From contig CAVUZH010000001.1 of assembly GCA_963745835.1 (NCBI GenBank), positions 64,001 through 128,000 on the forward strand: 64,000 bases of DNA, written 5' to 3'. The DNA comes from an uncultured delta proteobacterium (GTDB lineage: Bacteria > Desulfobacterota > Binatia > UBA9968). Positions 1-12,532 of this stretch are shown here, piece by piece. A model generated the notes under the pieces. That model did not search any database. It was given only the letters and a program-made list of their open reading frames with translations, and was not told the DNA's origin. The first letter of the stretch is position 1; every line of letters begins with the position of its first letter. Both the position numbers and the translations under genes were made by a program.

Positions 1-184
1 CCTGGAGGAAACGATCACGGCAACCACGGCGCTATATACGCGCCATCTTGAGGAAGTTATTCTCCGTTATCCCGATCAGTGGAGTTGGCTCGGCTTTCCG
101 CGAAAACGCAGAGTCGTGGGCTCCGAGATGTTGAATTTACGAGCATCGACAAGCGACGTAAATGTCAGTCGTGGAGCGTCGTAA
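1..184 (+). CDS. C-terminal fragment of a lipid A lauroyl/lysophospholipid acyltransferase-family (LpxL-like) protein, truncated by window start
   Basis: Frame 2 reads LEETITATTALYTRHLEEVILRYPDQWSWLG...*, matching the E..I...P.QW.W C-terminal motif; TAA at 182-184. Confidence 0.65.
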   Translation, partial: LEETITATTALYTRHLEEVILRYPDQWSWLGFPRKRRVVGSEMLNLRASTSDVNVSRGAS

Positions 185-210
185 TTGCTTGGCGGTCGAT
201 GAGCGGGAGA

Positions 211-813
211 TCATACTTTGGAGTCGAAGCCAGGACTCAATATCGCTTTGTTCTCGGTTCGCTCCAGGTAGCGCATGAACAGATACTTGTTCTCTAGTTC
301 GTCAAGCTTCAACGACGGCAAGGTTTTCGGCTGTCCGGGATCCACCTTAACCGCAATCAAGGTGAGGCGGTTACCCTGCCATGCCTCGAGAAATTCCGCT
401 CTAAACTCCTCCGGCGTACGGACCCAGCAGGCATGTGGATATCCCGCTCCTTGGGCCAGTGACACGGCATCGGCAACGTGAGAAGCGGTTGCGGTACCGC
501 CCGAGGCTTCATAAACCCCGTTATCGAAAAGCAGATGGATCAGATTGGGCGGATTTTGTAGAGCAATCGTTGGCAGTCCGCACAGATTCATCAGAAAAGC
601 ACCATCCCCGTCAATTGCGATCACTTTGCGATGCGGCAATGCCAAGGCGAGGCCGGCGGCGATCGAAGAGACTAACCCTAATGTGCGTGTTTTGAGATTG
701 CCATCGCTGGGTTTAATCGCCCACCACTCCCGCGCTCCCCACCCCGTGCACACCGTCAACGCGTCGCCGGTGTCGCCGCCAATAGCCTTTAGATAATCGT
801 AGCGTTGCATCAT
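211..813 (-). CDS. TPP-dependent decarboxylase beta subunit (sulfopyruvate/phosphonopyruvate decarboxylase ComE-like)
   Basis: GDGAFLMN...DNGVYEASGG TPP-binding motif; overlaps the alpha subunit. Confidence 0.8.
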   Translation of the reverse strand: MMQRYDYLKAIGGDTGDALTVCTGWGAREWWAIKPSDGNLKTRTLGLVSSIAAGLALALPHRKVIAIDGDGAFLMNLCGLPTIALQNPPNLIHLLFDNGVYEASGGTATASHVADAVSLAQGAGYPHACWVRTPEEFRAEFLEAWQGNRLTLIAVKVDPGQPKTLPSLKLDELENKYLFMRYLERTENKAILSPGFDSKV

Positions 814-1322
814 TTCACTCCCAGCACGCTCTTCGTTAAGAGCACTGCAACCGGTCTCTTCGAATCCTCGGCGAGGACTTCCGCGCCGGTGACGGTTTCG
901 TCGATCTCGTCAGACCGGCGCAGGATGTATGAGCGAATGCCCAAAGCCTGAAGCACCGGCTCGGTGACCGCGCCCAGAGTGGTAAAGCCGCGATCGCCGA
1001 TATCGCCGGCATAGTAAATCAACAGCACAATCGGTATCTGAAACTGCAAACAAGTGGTGGTCAAGGCATTGCAACTGTTCAAGAAGCCGGCATTCTGCAT
1101 GATTATGGCGGTTTTCCGCCCAGCCAGATAAGCGCCGGCACAGATGCCGATACCCTCTTCCTCGCGGCACAGCGGAATGTGCCGAAGCTCTGGATCGCTT
1201 TCTACCGTCCGAATCACTTCAAGCATCTTTTCATCCGGCAAGGTGGCGACGAAATCAATGCCCGCTTTCTTGAGTCCACCGACAATTGCCAGCGCAGATC
1301 GTTTAGAATCCATTTTTTCCAT
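810..1322 (-). CDS. TPP-dependent decarboxylase alpha subunit (ComD-like)
   Basis: REEEGIGICAGAYLAG and MQNAGFLNSCNAL motifs of the pyrimidine-binding domain. Confidence 0.8.
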   Translation of the reverse strand: MEKMDSKRSALAIVGGLKKAGIDFVATLPDEKMLEVIRTVESDPELRHIPLCREEEGIGICAGAYLAGRKTAIIMQNAGFLNSCNALTTTCLQFQIPIVLLIYYAGDIGDRGFTTLGAVTEPVLQALGIRSYILRRSDEIDETVTGAEVLAEDSKRPVAVLLTKSVLGVK

Positions 1323-1466
1323 CAAACGAGACCTCTTTGATTAGAGAGAGTGAGTGCAGCCGATTGTCAATCATGTAGCCGGATCTATGAACAGTGAGCT
1401 ACACCGGGACGAGATACTGCGTGTCCTCAACCTTGTCAAGCTGGCGGCAAATTGCCCCAACCTGCC

Positions 1467-1494
1467 TTGACACAACCGAAGCAGTGCCTATAGT
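1467..1494 (+). promoter_or_regulatory. Putative sigma70 promoter for pcm
   Basis: TTGACA-16 bp-TATAGT. Confidence 0.5.
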
Positions 1495-1626
1495 GAAATC
1501 GCCTCTTTGAAACGTCAAGCCTGCGAGCAGTGCGTCGCGGTAGCACTCAAAGCACGTGTCTTGTCGATCTTGCAGCTTCCTCGATTTTGCCCCCGACGCA
1601 ACGACGTGGATGAGGAGTGTCGTTGT

Positions 1627-2388
1627 ATGGCAGTGAGAAAGCTTAAACCCCGATCTTCTGTCGGCCTTTACTGCCTCTGCTTCTTATTCGTCGCTTCGTC
1701 GTTTTTAATGCTCGGACCCGCGGATTCAGCGCCGGGCGAAGATCCAGAAACGATCTTTCGCGAAGCGCGTCGGACCATGATCGAACGGGACATCGCCCGG
1801 CGCGGCATCAAAGACCAGCGGCTCCTTCGGGTAATGGCAACTCTGCCGCGCCATCTGTTCGTACCGGAAGAAATGCGCTCCTCCGCCTACCACGACCGGC
1901 CGCTGCCGATTGGCGCTGGACAAACCATCTCCCAGCCGTACATCGTAGCATTCATGACCGAGCTACTGGAACTCAAAGGAGGCGAACGAGTTCTGGAAAT
2001 TGGCACCGGCTCAGGCTATCAAGCGGCGGTGCTTGCGGCCTTAGTGGAAGAAGTCTTCTCAGTGGAGATTCGTGCCGAGTTGAGCGCTCGGGCCGAAAGG
2101 ACTCTTAAACAGCTGGGTATTCAAAATGTAAAATTAAGAGTCGGTAATGGTTTTCACGGATGGGCAGAGGAGGCACCGTTCGATGCCATTATGATTACTG
2201 CGGCGGCACCCAAAATTCCTTCGCCTCTCTGGAATCAGCTTCGTGAGGGCGGCGTCTTAATTATGCCGTTAGGTAAGGAAGGGCATACCCAGCAATTAAT
2301 TCGCGCCAGAAAGATCGGCGGCCGACAGGTCATAGAAGAGCACAGCGCGGTTATTTTCGTACCGTTGACGGGCGGGACTCAGCAGTAG
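1627..2388 (+). CDS. pcm: Protein-L-isoaspartate O-methyltransferase with N-terminal signal-like extension
   Basis: PRHLFVP, GQTISQPY, VLEIGTGSGYQAA, APFDAI motifs; GAGGAG SD before ATG 1627. Confidence 0.92.
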   Translation: MAVRKLKPRSSVGLYCLCFLFVASSFLMLGPADSAPGEDPETIFREARRTMIERDIARRGIKDQRLLRVMATLPRHLFVPEEMRSSAYHDRPLPIGAGQTISQPYIVAFMTELLELKGGERVLEIGTGSGYQAAVLAALVEEVFSVEIRAELSARAERTLKQLGIQNVKLRVGNGFHGWAEEAPFDAIMITAAAPKIPSPLWNQLREGGVLIMPLGKEGHTQQLIRARKIGGRQVIEEHSAVIFVPLTGGTQQ

Positions 2389-2722
2389 GGTCTTCGTTGA
2401 GTAAGTTGCGCCGGTCCTTGTCATGCTTAGACCTAGGAAAACGGTAGATGATTTCGCCCGGACGCACCAGGTTCAGTTCCTCGCGCGCTAGTTTTTCGAG
2501 ATAGTGGTTGTCGTTGCGGATGCGCGAAACCCGCTGCCGCAAAGCTTCGTTTTCCTTCTGTAAACGATAATTTTGCTCGTCGATTCTGCTTTTTTCGCCG
2601 CGCAATCGCCACAGATGAATCGCGCCGCGCTCACTAACGACCGTGACCACCGCAAGCAGTAAAATCAGACCGCCTAGGAAGTAGAAAAGGTGACGTTGCG
2701 AAATGTGAAATGGTAATGTCAT
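2351..2722 (-). CDS. ftsB: Septum formation initiator (FtsB/DivIC family)
   Basis: N-terminal TM helix, coiled coil, EKLAREELNLVRPGE motif; next to eno. Confidence 0.8.
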   Translation of the reverse strand: MTLPFHISQRHLFYFLGGLILLLAVVTVVSERGAIHLWRLRGEKSRIDEQNYRLQKENEALRQRVSRIRNDNHYLEKLAREELNLVRPGEIIYRFPRSKHDKDRRNLLNEDPTAESRPSTVRK

Positions 2723-2745
2723 GGGCGCCAATAATGGCAATATAA

Positions 2746-4819
<2,074 letters not shown>

Positions 4820-5478
4820 TTGAGGCAGTCTTCAGCTCTAACGCCATAAATGCTTCACCGGCGCCGTATTCATTTTCCAATCCGAAAAGATCCGCCCTTC
4901 TAAATGCGAACCGGTGGTAATACTCAGGCTCGCCAAGGACGACAACGAATCCCGCGCCGAGACGCTCGCAGGCACGCAGGCCTTCACCAACCAGTTCGGC
5001 CCCTAGGCCGCGTCGCTGCAGCTCCGCGACGATTGACAGCGGAGCTAGCCCCAATCCTGTTGAATTAGCTACGGACCCGGCGATCGTTACCTGGCTGAAC
5101 GCAATATGGCCGACGATTACACCGTCGATTTCCGCTATCAAGGATAGCCGTAGCCGTTGATGTTTGCGCAAGAGGTCGACGAGTCGCGCCTCCTGGTCCG
5201 TCGGGAAGGCGGACCTAAGAACATAATCGATGGCAGCTGCGTCGCTGGATTGCTCGAGTCGAATCAGAGCGTTCATTAGCAGAAAATGGTCGCGGTCAGT
5301 AAGCTCAAAGCCAGTTCTCAAGCAACCAGGACGGCTCATCGAATCTGCAAGGCGGTGGTGATCTTTTCAGTGTCTAGTTGTAATCGTACAGCCCTGAGCT
5401 GTTGGATTTATATCGAAAGTACACCTATTTGGTATCTATCATTCCGGTGAACGGACGATTTGTTCCAGGTGTTAGGTT

Positions 5479-5889
5479 TCACCATCTTCGATTGGTGAAT
5501 TTCGATATCATGCGCCTATCCTTTTTGGAAGGCCGCCCTGGGCTATGAAAATCGGCTGGCCGTTCGAGTTTAAGCTGAGCCAAAGCGGCTTGCCTTCTTG
5601 ATCTGCTTTCTTCGGTCTCTTCATAAAGCCTTTGGGCGTCCGAGGCCGGGCCTCGGTAAGTAGACGTTCCTTTGACAATGATGATCCATTCGTAAACGCT
5701 GCGACGGATGTTGAGGTGATCGCCCGGGCGGATCGTTCGGCTCGGCTTAGGACGGGCGCCGTTCAGCGCAACTTTGCCGCCCGCTACCGCCTCAGCGGCA
5801 AGCGAGCGCGTCTTGAAAAAGCGCGCCGCCCAAAGCCACTTGTCGATTCTGACTTCAGCCGTGTTTTCTTGGGTATGCCTATCGTTCAC
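5479..5889 (-). CDS. hslR: S4-domain RNA-binding heat shock protein Hsp15
   Basis: RIDKWLWAARFFKTRSLA ... GRPSKKDRR. Confidence 0.9.
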   Translation of the reverse strand: MNDRHTQENTAEVRIDKWLWAARFFKTRSLAAEAVAGGKVALNGARPKPSRTIRPGDHLNIRRSVYEWIIIVKGTSTYRGPASDAQRLYEETEESRSRRQAALAQLKLERPADFHSPGRPSKKDRRMISKFTNRRW

Positions 5890-5898
5890 TGCGCAGAG

Positions 5899-6651
5899 CT
5901 ATGGCCAAACAAAGTTGGGCAGAGTGCTGTTCTCAAGCACCCGGTAATTTGTCAGATCGACCTGTAGCGGAGTCACCGAAACATATCCCTCATGAACTGC
6001 CATGCAATCAGTGCCGTCTTCTTTGTCAAACCCAAGATCATCGCCGCCTATCCAGTAGTATTTGGCGCCGCGAGGATCGACACGTTCGATAATATTCTCA
6101 CTGTAATGACGCTTCCCCATCCGGGTTAAGCGCCAGCCTTTGAGCTCGGATTTCGGCAGCGGCGGCACGTTCACATTGAGAAGCGTTTCGGGCGGAATAC
6201 CCCCAGTCTCATGGATGCTTGAGACCAAGAAGGCGGTAAATTCCGCCGCCGCGCGAAAATCAAAATCACGGAAGGTAACCAACGATACGGCAACTGACGG
6301 AACGGTTAGCAAGGCTCCTTCGATAGCGGCTGAAACGGTTCCGGAATAGATAATATCGTCGCCCAGATTAGGCCCTTTGTTGATTCCGGAAACCACGAGG
6401 TTGGGACGAACCGGCAAGAGACCGGTTAAAGCTAGTTTAACGCAGTCACTTGGGGTCCCGTTCACTGCCAGACGCCGCGGCGCAACCTCTTGCACGCGCA
6501 ACGGCCGATGGAGGGTCAATGCATGGCTCATAGAACTCTGCGCGCGATCGGGTGCGACAGTGAAAATCTCGCCGACAGGGCGCAGCGCTTCTTCAAGCGC
6601 GATGATTCCTTCCGATTGAATGCCGTCGTCGTTGGAGATCAGAATGATCAT
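5899..6651 (-). CDS. surE: 5'/3'-nucleotidase SurE
   Basis: ISNDDG, GTPSDCV, SGINKGPNLG, YSGTVSAA. Confidence 0.96.
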   Translation of the reverse strand: MIILISNDDGIQSEGIIALEEALRPVGEIFTVAPDRAQSSMSHALTLHRPLRVQEVAPRRLAVNGTPSDCVKLALTGLLPVRPNLVVSGINKGPNLGDDIIYSGTVSAAIEGALLTVPSVAVSLVTFRDFDFRAAAEFTAFLVSSIHETGGIPPETLLNVNVPPLPKSELKGWRLTRMGKRHYSENIIERVDPRGAKYYWIGGDDLGFDKEDGTDCMAVHEGYVSVTPLQVDLTNYRVLENSTLPNFVWP

Positions 6652-6779
6652 TGCACCTATGATGGCAAAGAAGCTCGGCAGGGACAAGCATCTGGTTGAT
6701 CGCCCTGGCGACTCTTAAGCTTGTGTGACGTCAATCCGAAGGGTATAGGTTTCTAGGCGAACCAAGGAGAGTTTTACCT

Positions 6780-8031
6780 ATGGCAAATGCCGAGATCGTG
6801 GCAATCGGTTCCGAGTTATTGCTCGGGCAGATCGTCGACACCAATTCGGCCTGGATGGCGCAGCGGCTGACTGCATTGGGAGTAAATTTGTATTTTACCT
6901 CGGTGGTCGGCGACAACCCCGGTCGTATGCGCGAAGTAATCCAGCGGGCATTAGAACGAGCCGATATCGTTATTACCAGCGGCGGACTGGGGCCCACTCA
7001 AGATGACTTGACGAGAGAGATTGTCGCTGAAGTGACCGGCCGCAAACTCATCCTGGACGCCGGCTTGCTAGAACAAGTGGAGGAGCACTTCCGCCGCCGC
7101 GGCCGGACCATGACGCCCAATAACCGGCGTCAGGGATACATGCCCGAGGGAGCGATTCCGGTAAAAAATCCCAACGGTACCGCGCCATCTTTTATCGTCG
7201 AAGATCCTCGCGGCGTTGTTTTTTCGCTTCCCGGCGTGCCGGTGGAACTTAAATGGTTGTTCGAGAACGAAGTCGAACCTTATCTGCGCAAAAAATTCAA
7301 CCTGGCTGAAGTTATTCACTACCGTGTGATGAAGGTCGTCGGCATTGGCGAGAGCGCCGTGGACGATAAGATCGGCTATCTGATCGCCAACTCCAGCAAT
7401 CCGACCGTCGGCGTCCTTGCCCTGCCGGGACAAGTCGATGTGCGGATTGCCGCCAAGGCCGCCAACAAAGATCAAGCGATGAACCTTATCGCGCCCGTCG
7501 AAGCCGAGGTGCGCAGCCTGTTGGGCAATGCGATCTTTGCCGCTGATCAAGAGACGATGGAAGATGTCGTCGGGAGATTACTTCGGGCTCGAAATAAGAC
7601 GCGTCGCGGTTTATGAAGATCTCACCTGCGGCAACTTATCGGAGCGCTTACAGGTCGCAAGCACGGAAAGCTTTGGCGCTGGGGTTATTTGCAACAGCGA
7701 GGTTGCAATCCGTACCCTGTTGACGCACGGGCGCGATCCAGCACGAACAGATGCTTTGATCCAAGATCCGGAGGCGCTAACCGACGAGCTTGCCTGGTCC
7801 GTGCGTCACCAAGCAGGGTGTGATTTTGGCCTGGCGCTTCATGCGGTGACCGATCCAGGCAGCACGGTTCAGAATCTTGCGCGCGGCCAGAGCTATGTTG
7901 CCCTTACCGACGGCGAGAATTTCATCCGACGGCTGAGCACCTCCGCCGGTCGCGGACAGTACGACCGCAGCCGCATGACCCTCAACGCCCTCGATCTGCT
8001 ACGCACCGCGTTGCTTGAAGGGATGGGTTAG
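6780..8031 (+). CDS. cinA: CinA-like competence/damage-inducible protein (MocF plus divergent PncC-like domain); +1 frameshift near 7600
   Basis: GSELLLGQIVDTNS, GGLGPTQDDLT, LPGVP; the reading continues in ORF 7528..8031. Confidence 0.85.
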
Positions 8032-8146
8032 ACTGAGCACATCCCGATTTGATCCATCTGCTTTCGTACCCTCTTCACAAGTGCTCGGGGCCGAAAAGCC
8101 GATCGGCCAAGTCTCAGTGGGAAGGTCGGCGGTTAGCTCAGCGGTG

Positions 8147-9940
8147 TCATAAACCTTCAGCCACTAACATCTCCAAACGCGCTAAAGGTTCTTCGAGACT
8201 GTCAATTGCCTCAGCCCAGAATTGCGGCTGTTCTATGTCCCGGCCGATTGTGTGCTGAACCAGCTTTTCTGCCGGCTCGGTGCCGGCCAGACGCAAGAAC
8301 TCTTCATACTTCGGTAGAAATTCGCCCGGGTCTTTTTTGAACATTCGGTAAAGCGCGCGGCTGAGCAGATATCCAAAAGTGTAGGGGAAGTTATAGAAGG
8401 TGATTCCCGTGATGTAGAAATGCAGCTTAGAGGCCCAGAAGTAGGGATCCTCTCCGCCAACCTCAAGCACGTTGCCAAAGATTTTTCGTTGAGTATCGAC
8501 CATGAGTTCTTTTAAACGGGAGACGCTCAGCGGGCCGCCGGCGCGCTCCTCATAGAATGCCTTCTCAAATTCATAACGAACCGGAATGTCCAAAAGGTAA
8601 ACTGCGCCGTGTCCCGTTTCGATATCCAAGATCAAAGCCTTCTGCGCTTGACTTATGGCGGGATCGTCCAGAATGCCGTTCATCAGAACCTGCTCGCCAA
8701 ACGTGGATGCAGTTTCTGCCAAGGTCATCGGATATCCGCGACCATAAGGGCGCATGTCACGCAACATGGCGGCATGATAGGCATGGCCGGATTCATGTGC
8801 GAGAGTGAGCACATCGCCCAATGATTGATCGTAGGTCATAAAGATTCGCGACTCTTTGTTGAGCATCGAACTCGTGCAGAATCCGCCGGGACGCTTGCCG
8901 GTGCGGGGCTCCCAGTCCACCCATTTCTTTTCGATGACCTGCTGCTCGAAGAATTTCCCGAGGGCGGGATAAGCGCGCTCGAACGATCTCCCGACCAGGG
9001 ATGTAGCCCTCTCCCAGGAGAGCTTCTCTTGCCCTGGCAACTCGAGCGGCGCGCCGACATCGAACCAGGCAAGGCTTGGCCGCGCCAACAGCTTGGCCTT
9101 GAGACGGAGAATCTTTCGCGGCACCTCGAGCTTTGAGAATAACGCCTCAAACATAGCATCCAGCGTTTTGCGAGTGATCGAAGCCTGGAATAGGGCAATC
9201 TCGAGGAAGTGGTCGACCTGCCGATAGCGGTTAAGCGTTAGCCGCGTGCCGGCAATCGCATTCAACGCGGCTGCAGCCATATCTTCAATACTTTCCCAGG
9301 CCGCATTGCCGCCCTCGAAAGCAGCCTTGCGTACTCGACGATCAGGATCTTCCAGCAAGGAGCGGCGCTGCGAAACCGGCAATCGATGGCGCTTGCCATC
9401 AGGAAACAGCATGTCGAACTCCAACTTCGATGAAACGGTATCGTAAAGTCGGCCCCAGGCTTGAATGCCGTCAACTCCGAGGTCGGTAGCCAATATTTCA
9501 TTCTCCGGTGTCATGGCGCGCCGCGCTTCGTGGCGCATCCTGTTTAGGTAATTCTGCGCGCCGTCCAATGCCGGCCGCGCCAAGAATGCCGTGAACGTTT
9601 TCTCCCCGGTTTCTTTAATCGCCCGGAGAAATTCGACTCGCAGTTTGCTCAACTCGGCTCTCATTCCGATCAGTTCGGCTTCTTCTTTGAGGTATGATTC
9701 GTTGCGCGCATCCGACGAAGCGAGGCAACTGATGTACGAGCCGAGATGCGACATGCGCTGGAGAATGTCTTCATTGCGCAGCAATACGCGCTCCCAACTG
9801 GCGGAGCTTTCAGTTGCCAATGGCGGCAGCGCAGCCGCTTCCGCTTTGAGCGAAGCGATATCGCTGGCCAGCCCTTGTTTGAACCGGCGCATTTCCGACC
9901 CATTGAATTCAGGAAAGTAGCTTGCAAGATCCCAGCTCAT
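8147..9940 (-). CDS. M3 family oligoendopeptidase F
   Basis: GKRPGGFC, HESGH zinc motif, LAETAS, FYNFPYTFG. Confidence 0.92.
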   Translation of the reverse strand: MSWDLASYFPEFNGSEMRRFKQGLASDIASLKAEAAALPPLATESSASWERVLLRNEDILQRMSHLGSYISCLASSDARNESYLKEEAELIGMRAELSKLRVEFLRAIKETGEKTFTAFLARPALDGAQNYLNRMRHEARRAMTPENEILATDLGVDGIQAWGRLYDTVSSKLEFDMLFPDGKRHRLPVSQRRSLLEDPDRRVRKAAFEGGNAAWESIEDMAAAALNAIAGTRLTLNRYRQVDHFLEIALFQASITRKTLDAMFEALFSKLEVPRKILRLKAKLLARPSLAWFDVGAPLELPGQEKLSWERATSLVGRSFERAYPALGKFFEQQVIEKKWVDWEPRTGKRPGGFCTSSMLNKESRIFMTYDQSLGDVLTLAHESGHAYHAAMLRDMRPYGRGYPMTLAETASTFGEQVLMNGILDDPAISQAQKALILDIETGHGAVYLLDIPVRYEFEKAFYEERAGGPLSVSRLKELMVDTQRKIFGNVLEVGGEDPYFWASKLHFYITGITFYNFPYTFGYLLSRALYRMFKKDPGEFLPKYEEFLRLAGTEPAEKLVQHTIGRDIEQPQFWAEAIDSLEEPLARLEMLVAEGL

Positions 9941-10272
9941 AAGTTTTCATCCGCTGCTGTGAAGTCGAATCCGAACACATTCCATGAATCGCTGTCCCGG
10001 TGCAGTAGAACCGCAGGCTCGACGACGTCGGTTCTGTTGCTGCGATTGCATTTCATGCCAAGTAAAGAACTCACAAAACGTTTCGACTGAACTCCGAACC
10101 GCACACGCCCGGCTTCGCTTTACAAGTAGCCTGCTCTAATCCTTCTTCGACCATTGCAATCGTCCCATGAACCCAGTGGCGTCAAAATCTGGCCAATCTT
10201 GAGGATTCGGCAAGAAACCGGTGACAGAGCAGAGAGACCGTCGTCATCGACCGGCTGAAATCGCTCATGCTC

Positions 10273-11175
10273 TCAGAGACTTATGACCATGCCTTCGACG
10301 GCAGCCGTTGTCGAAGTAAAACGCCGTCGCGCTAATTTCAAGATCTGATCGATACAACCGTCATCATGGGTCGGTTCGTGATGAAACAACACGAGTCGTT
10401 TGACCCCGGCTTTTTTGGCAACTACGGTCGCCGATTCAACCGTGCTGTGTCCCCAGCCTTTGCGCGGATTTGTCGCCGATGTGTATTCCGACTCTAAATA
10501 TTGTGCGTCATGTATCAACAAGTCGGCGTCGCGCGCGAACTCGATCACGTCTGGATGACCCCCCGGTGTTTCCTCTAAATCTGTAGCGTAAACCAAACTT
10601 TTGCCTTGGAAAAAAACTCGATACAAAATTACCCCGTTGGGATGGGCGGGACTGCTATGGCTAAGAATGATTGGGTGCTGGTTGTTGTTGTCCCTCTGAC
10701 TAACTGCTTTGCTTATTCGTGGGGCCTGCCGGTTGTCGCGCAATTCGATACCCTCCCGGCCAACCAGAGACCAAATTGATTTTTTCGCATCAAGCCTGTC
10801 GAGCCCGATTGGAAAAAGCGCAGGCTCCATCGCCATGCGCAAAGTTTCAGCCAAGGATCGTTTTCCCGAACCCGGCCCGAAAATGTTGATCCGGTTCCGA
10901 TTATCAAATAGCGGATCAAAAAAATAAAAGCCTGAGAGGTGGTCGTGATGTGTGTGGCTTAGAAAGAGATTCAAGCTTAGCGGACTCTGGTTGTTTTTGA
11001 CAAGCTCCTTGCCGAGTCCGATGATGCCAGTGCCGGCATCGAAAATGATCTGGTGCTTTCCCGCAATCACCTCAACACAAGAGGTGTTGCCGCCGTATTT
11101 CAGCGCACCGCGGTGCGAGACCGCATAACTGCCCCGCACTCCCCAAAATCTGAGAGAGAAATTGCTTTGCGCCAC
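10273..11175 (-). CDS. MBL-fold metallo-hydrolase
   Basis: FWGVRGS, GGNTSC, HTHHDH, GWGHS, LFHHEP. Confidence 0.9.
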   Translation of the reverse strand: MAQSNFSLRFWGVRGSYAVSHRGALKYGGNTSCVEVIAGKHQIIFDAGTGIIGLGKELVKNNQSPLSLNLFLSHTHHDHLSGFYFFDPLFDNRNRINIFGPGSGKRSLAETLRMAMEPALFPIGLDRLDAKKSIWSLVGREGIELRDNRQAPRISKAVSQRDNNNQHPIILSHSSPAHPNGVILYRVFFQGKSLVYATDLEETPGGHPDVIEFARDADLLIHDAQYLESEYTSATNPRKGWGHSTVESATVVAKKAGVKRLVLFHHEPTHDDGCIDQILKLARRRFTSTTAAVEGMVISL

Positions 11176-11227
11176 TAGAGCTCACGCTCGCTCTTGATTG
11201 GTTGCCGTTGCCACTGAATGTTCTCTA

Positions 11228-11379
11228 TTAGTCCCTGAGAAAGTCTTATTATGCGCTCTTGAAAAAGAGTCAGATGCCAGCGCGCGAAAAATTGACGAGC
11301 TGAGGCGTAGTTGTTTAGCACGTTGACGCGAGGCGTTTGAGCGCAAGCAAGCATATGAAGCTTTTCCAGCATCCTGTAA
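11228..11379. repeat. MITE-like ~150-bp element, copy 1 (degenerate)
   Basis: Aligns by eye to 17463-17618 (GCGCGCGAAAAAT.GACGAGC.GAGGCGTA ... AAGCATATG ... TT.CAGCA.CCTGT.A). Confidence 0.7.
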
Positions 11380-11572
11380 AATGTACCTTAAGCAACCCTA
11401 TTGTGACAAACGGCGGCGGATCTTCGAGCGGTGATTACGTCGTTAGCATGTTCACTCTAAGCGACCTAAAGTCACGGCTGAGGCTGGTTTAGTGCATTGC
11501 GGTGCTTTATGGTGTGGCTGGCAGTGCTGTGCTTAGCAGCTAATCGTTCCCGCCAAACACAAGGAGAGAGCC

Positions 11573-12511
11573 TTGGTTCAACGACTTCAAGCAACCGACA
11601 GTCCGGACATCTTTCTTGAGGCGCCGCCGGCGCCAAGGCATAGGTTCCGGTCATTGATATTCGCTGCTCTTTTTCTAGTTGTCCTTGCATGGGCTTTTCA
11701 CGGCGCGAAGATCAGAGTGGGAGAATTGCTCGAAGGCATTCCTCAGATCGCCCAGACTCTTGCGCGCATGTTACCTCCCGACTTTTCTAAACTGACGGAT
11801 GCAAACTATTATTTTTTCCCGGAAGAATTATCATGGCACGAGCTCTTGCTACCGGTGCCATTGCCCGAGGCGACCGCGCGTATCAAGCAGCGCTGGTGGA
11901 ACAACATATTTCCGCAAACCGTGGTTGGGGCAACTTTGGAGACCGTGCAAATGGCGTTGGCGGGGACGTTCACGGCGTTGATTGTGGCGTTTCCGTTGGG
12001 ATTTCTCGCAGCGCGCAATACCACGCCGCATCCGCTGGTTTACCGTAGTGTTCGCACTGTTTTGAATCTGCTGCGCACTGTACCCGATCTGGCGCTGGGT
12101 CTCTTGTTCGTCGCCGCGGTGGGTCTAGGCGCTTTTGCCGGAACCCTGGCATTGGCGATTCACACGGCCACCGTTCTGGGTAAACTGTTGTCGGAGTCCG
12201 TGGAGAATATTGACGAGGGCATGGTCGAGGCAATTCGCGCCACCGGCGCCGGCTACACGCAGATTCTTTCCTTTGCCGTTTTACCGCAGATCCTGCCGGA
12301 TTTGATCTCGTTTACACTGTATCGTTTGGAAACCAACATCCGAGCGGCCTCCGTGCTTGGTTTAATCGGCGCCGGTGGCATTGGCTACTTGATGAACACT
12401 AGCTTTCGCACCTTTCAATACCAGGAAGCAGCCGCCATCGTGCTTGTTCTGATTGCTCTCGTTATGCTAGTGGATTACCTCAGCTCGCGTTTACGAACCC
12501 TGGTGGTGTAA
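11573..12511 (+). CDS. phnE: Phosphonate ABC transporter permease PhnE (orphan; no phnC/phnD adjacent)
   Basis: LETVQMA, LRTVPDL, EAIRATGA, ETNIRAASVLGLIGAGGIG. Confidence 0.85.
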   Translation: MVQRLQATDSPDIFLEAPPAPRHRFRSLIFAALFLVVLAWAFHGAKIRVGELLEGIPQIAQTLARMLPPDFSKLTDANYYFFPEELSWHELLLPVPLPEATARIKQRWWNNIFPQTVVGATLETVQMALAGTFTALIVAFPLGFLAARNTTPHPLVYRSVRTVLNLLRTVPDLALGLLFVAAVGLGAFAGTLALAIHTATVLGKLLSESVENIDEGMVEAIRATGAGYTQILSFAVLPQILPDLISFTLYRLETNIRAASVLGLIGAGGIGYLMNTSFRTFQYQEAAAIVLVLIALVMLVDYLSSRLRTLVV

Positions 12512-12532
12512 CACTCAGAAGGAAGCTAACAG

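Noticed and set aside
11374-11410. Pho box upstream of phnE
   Set aside because: Weak half-sites without the 11-bp spacing or a CTGTCAT-like consensus.
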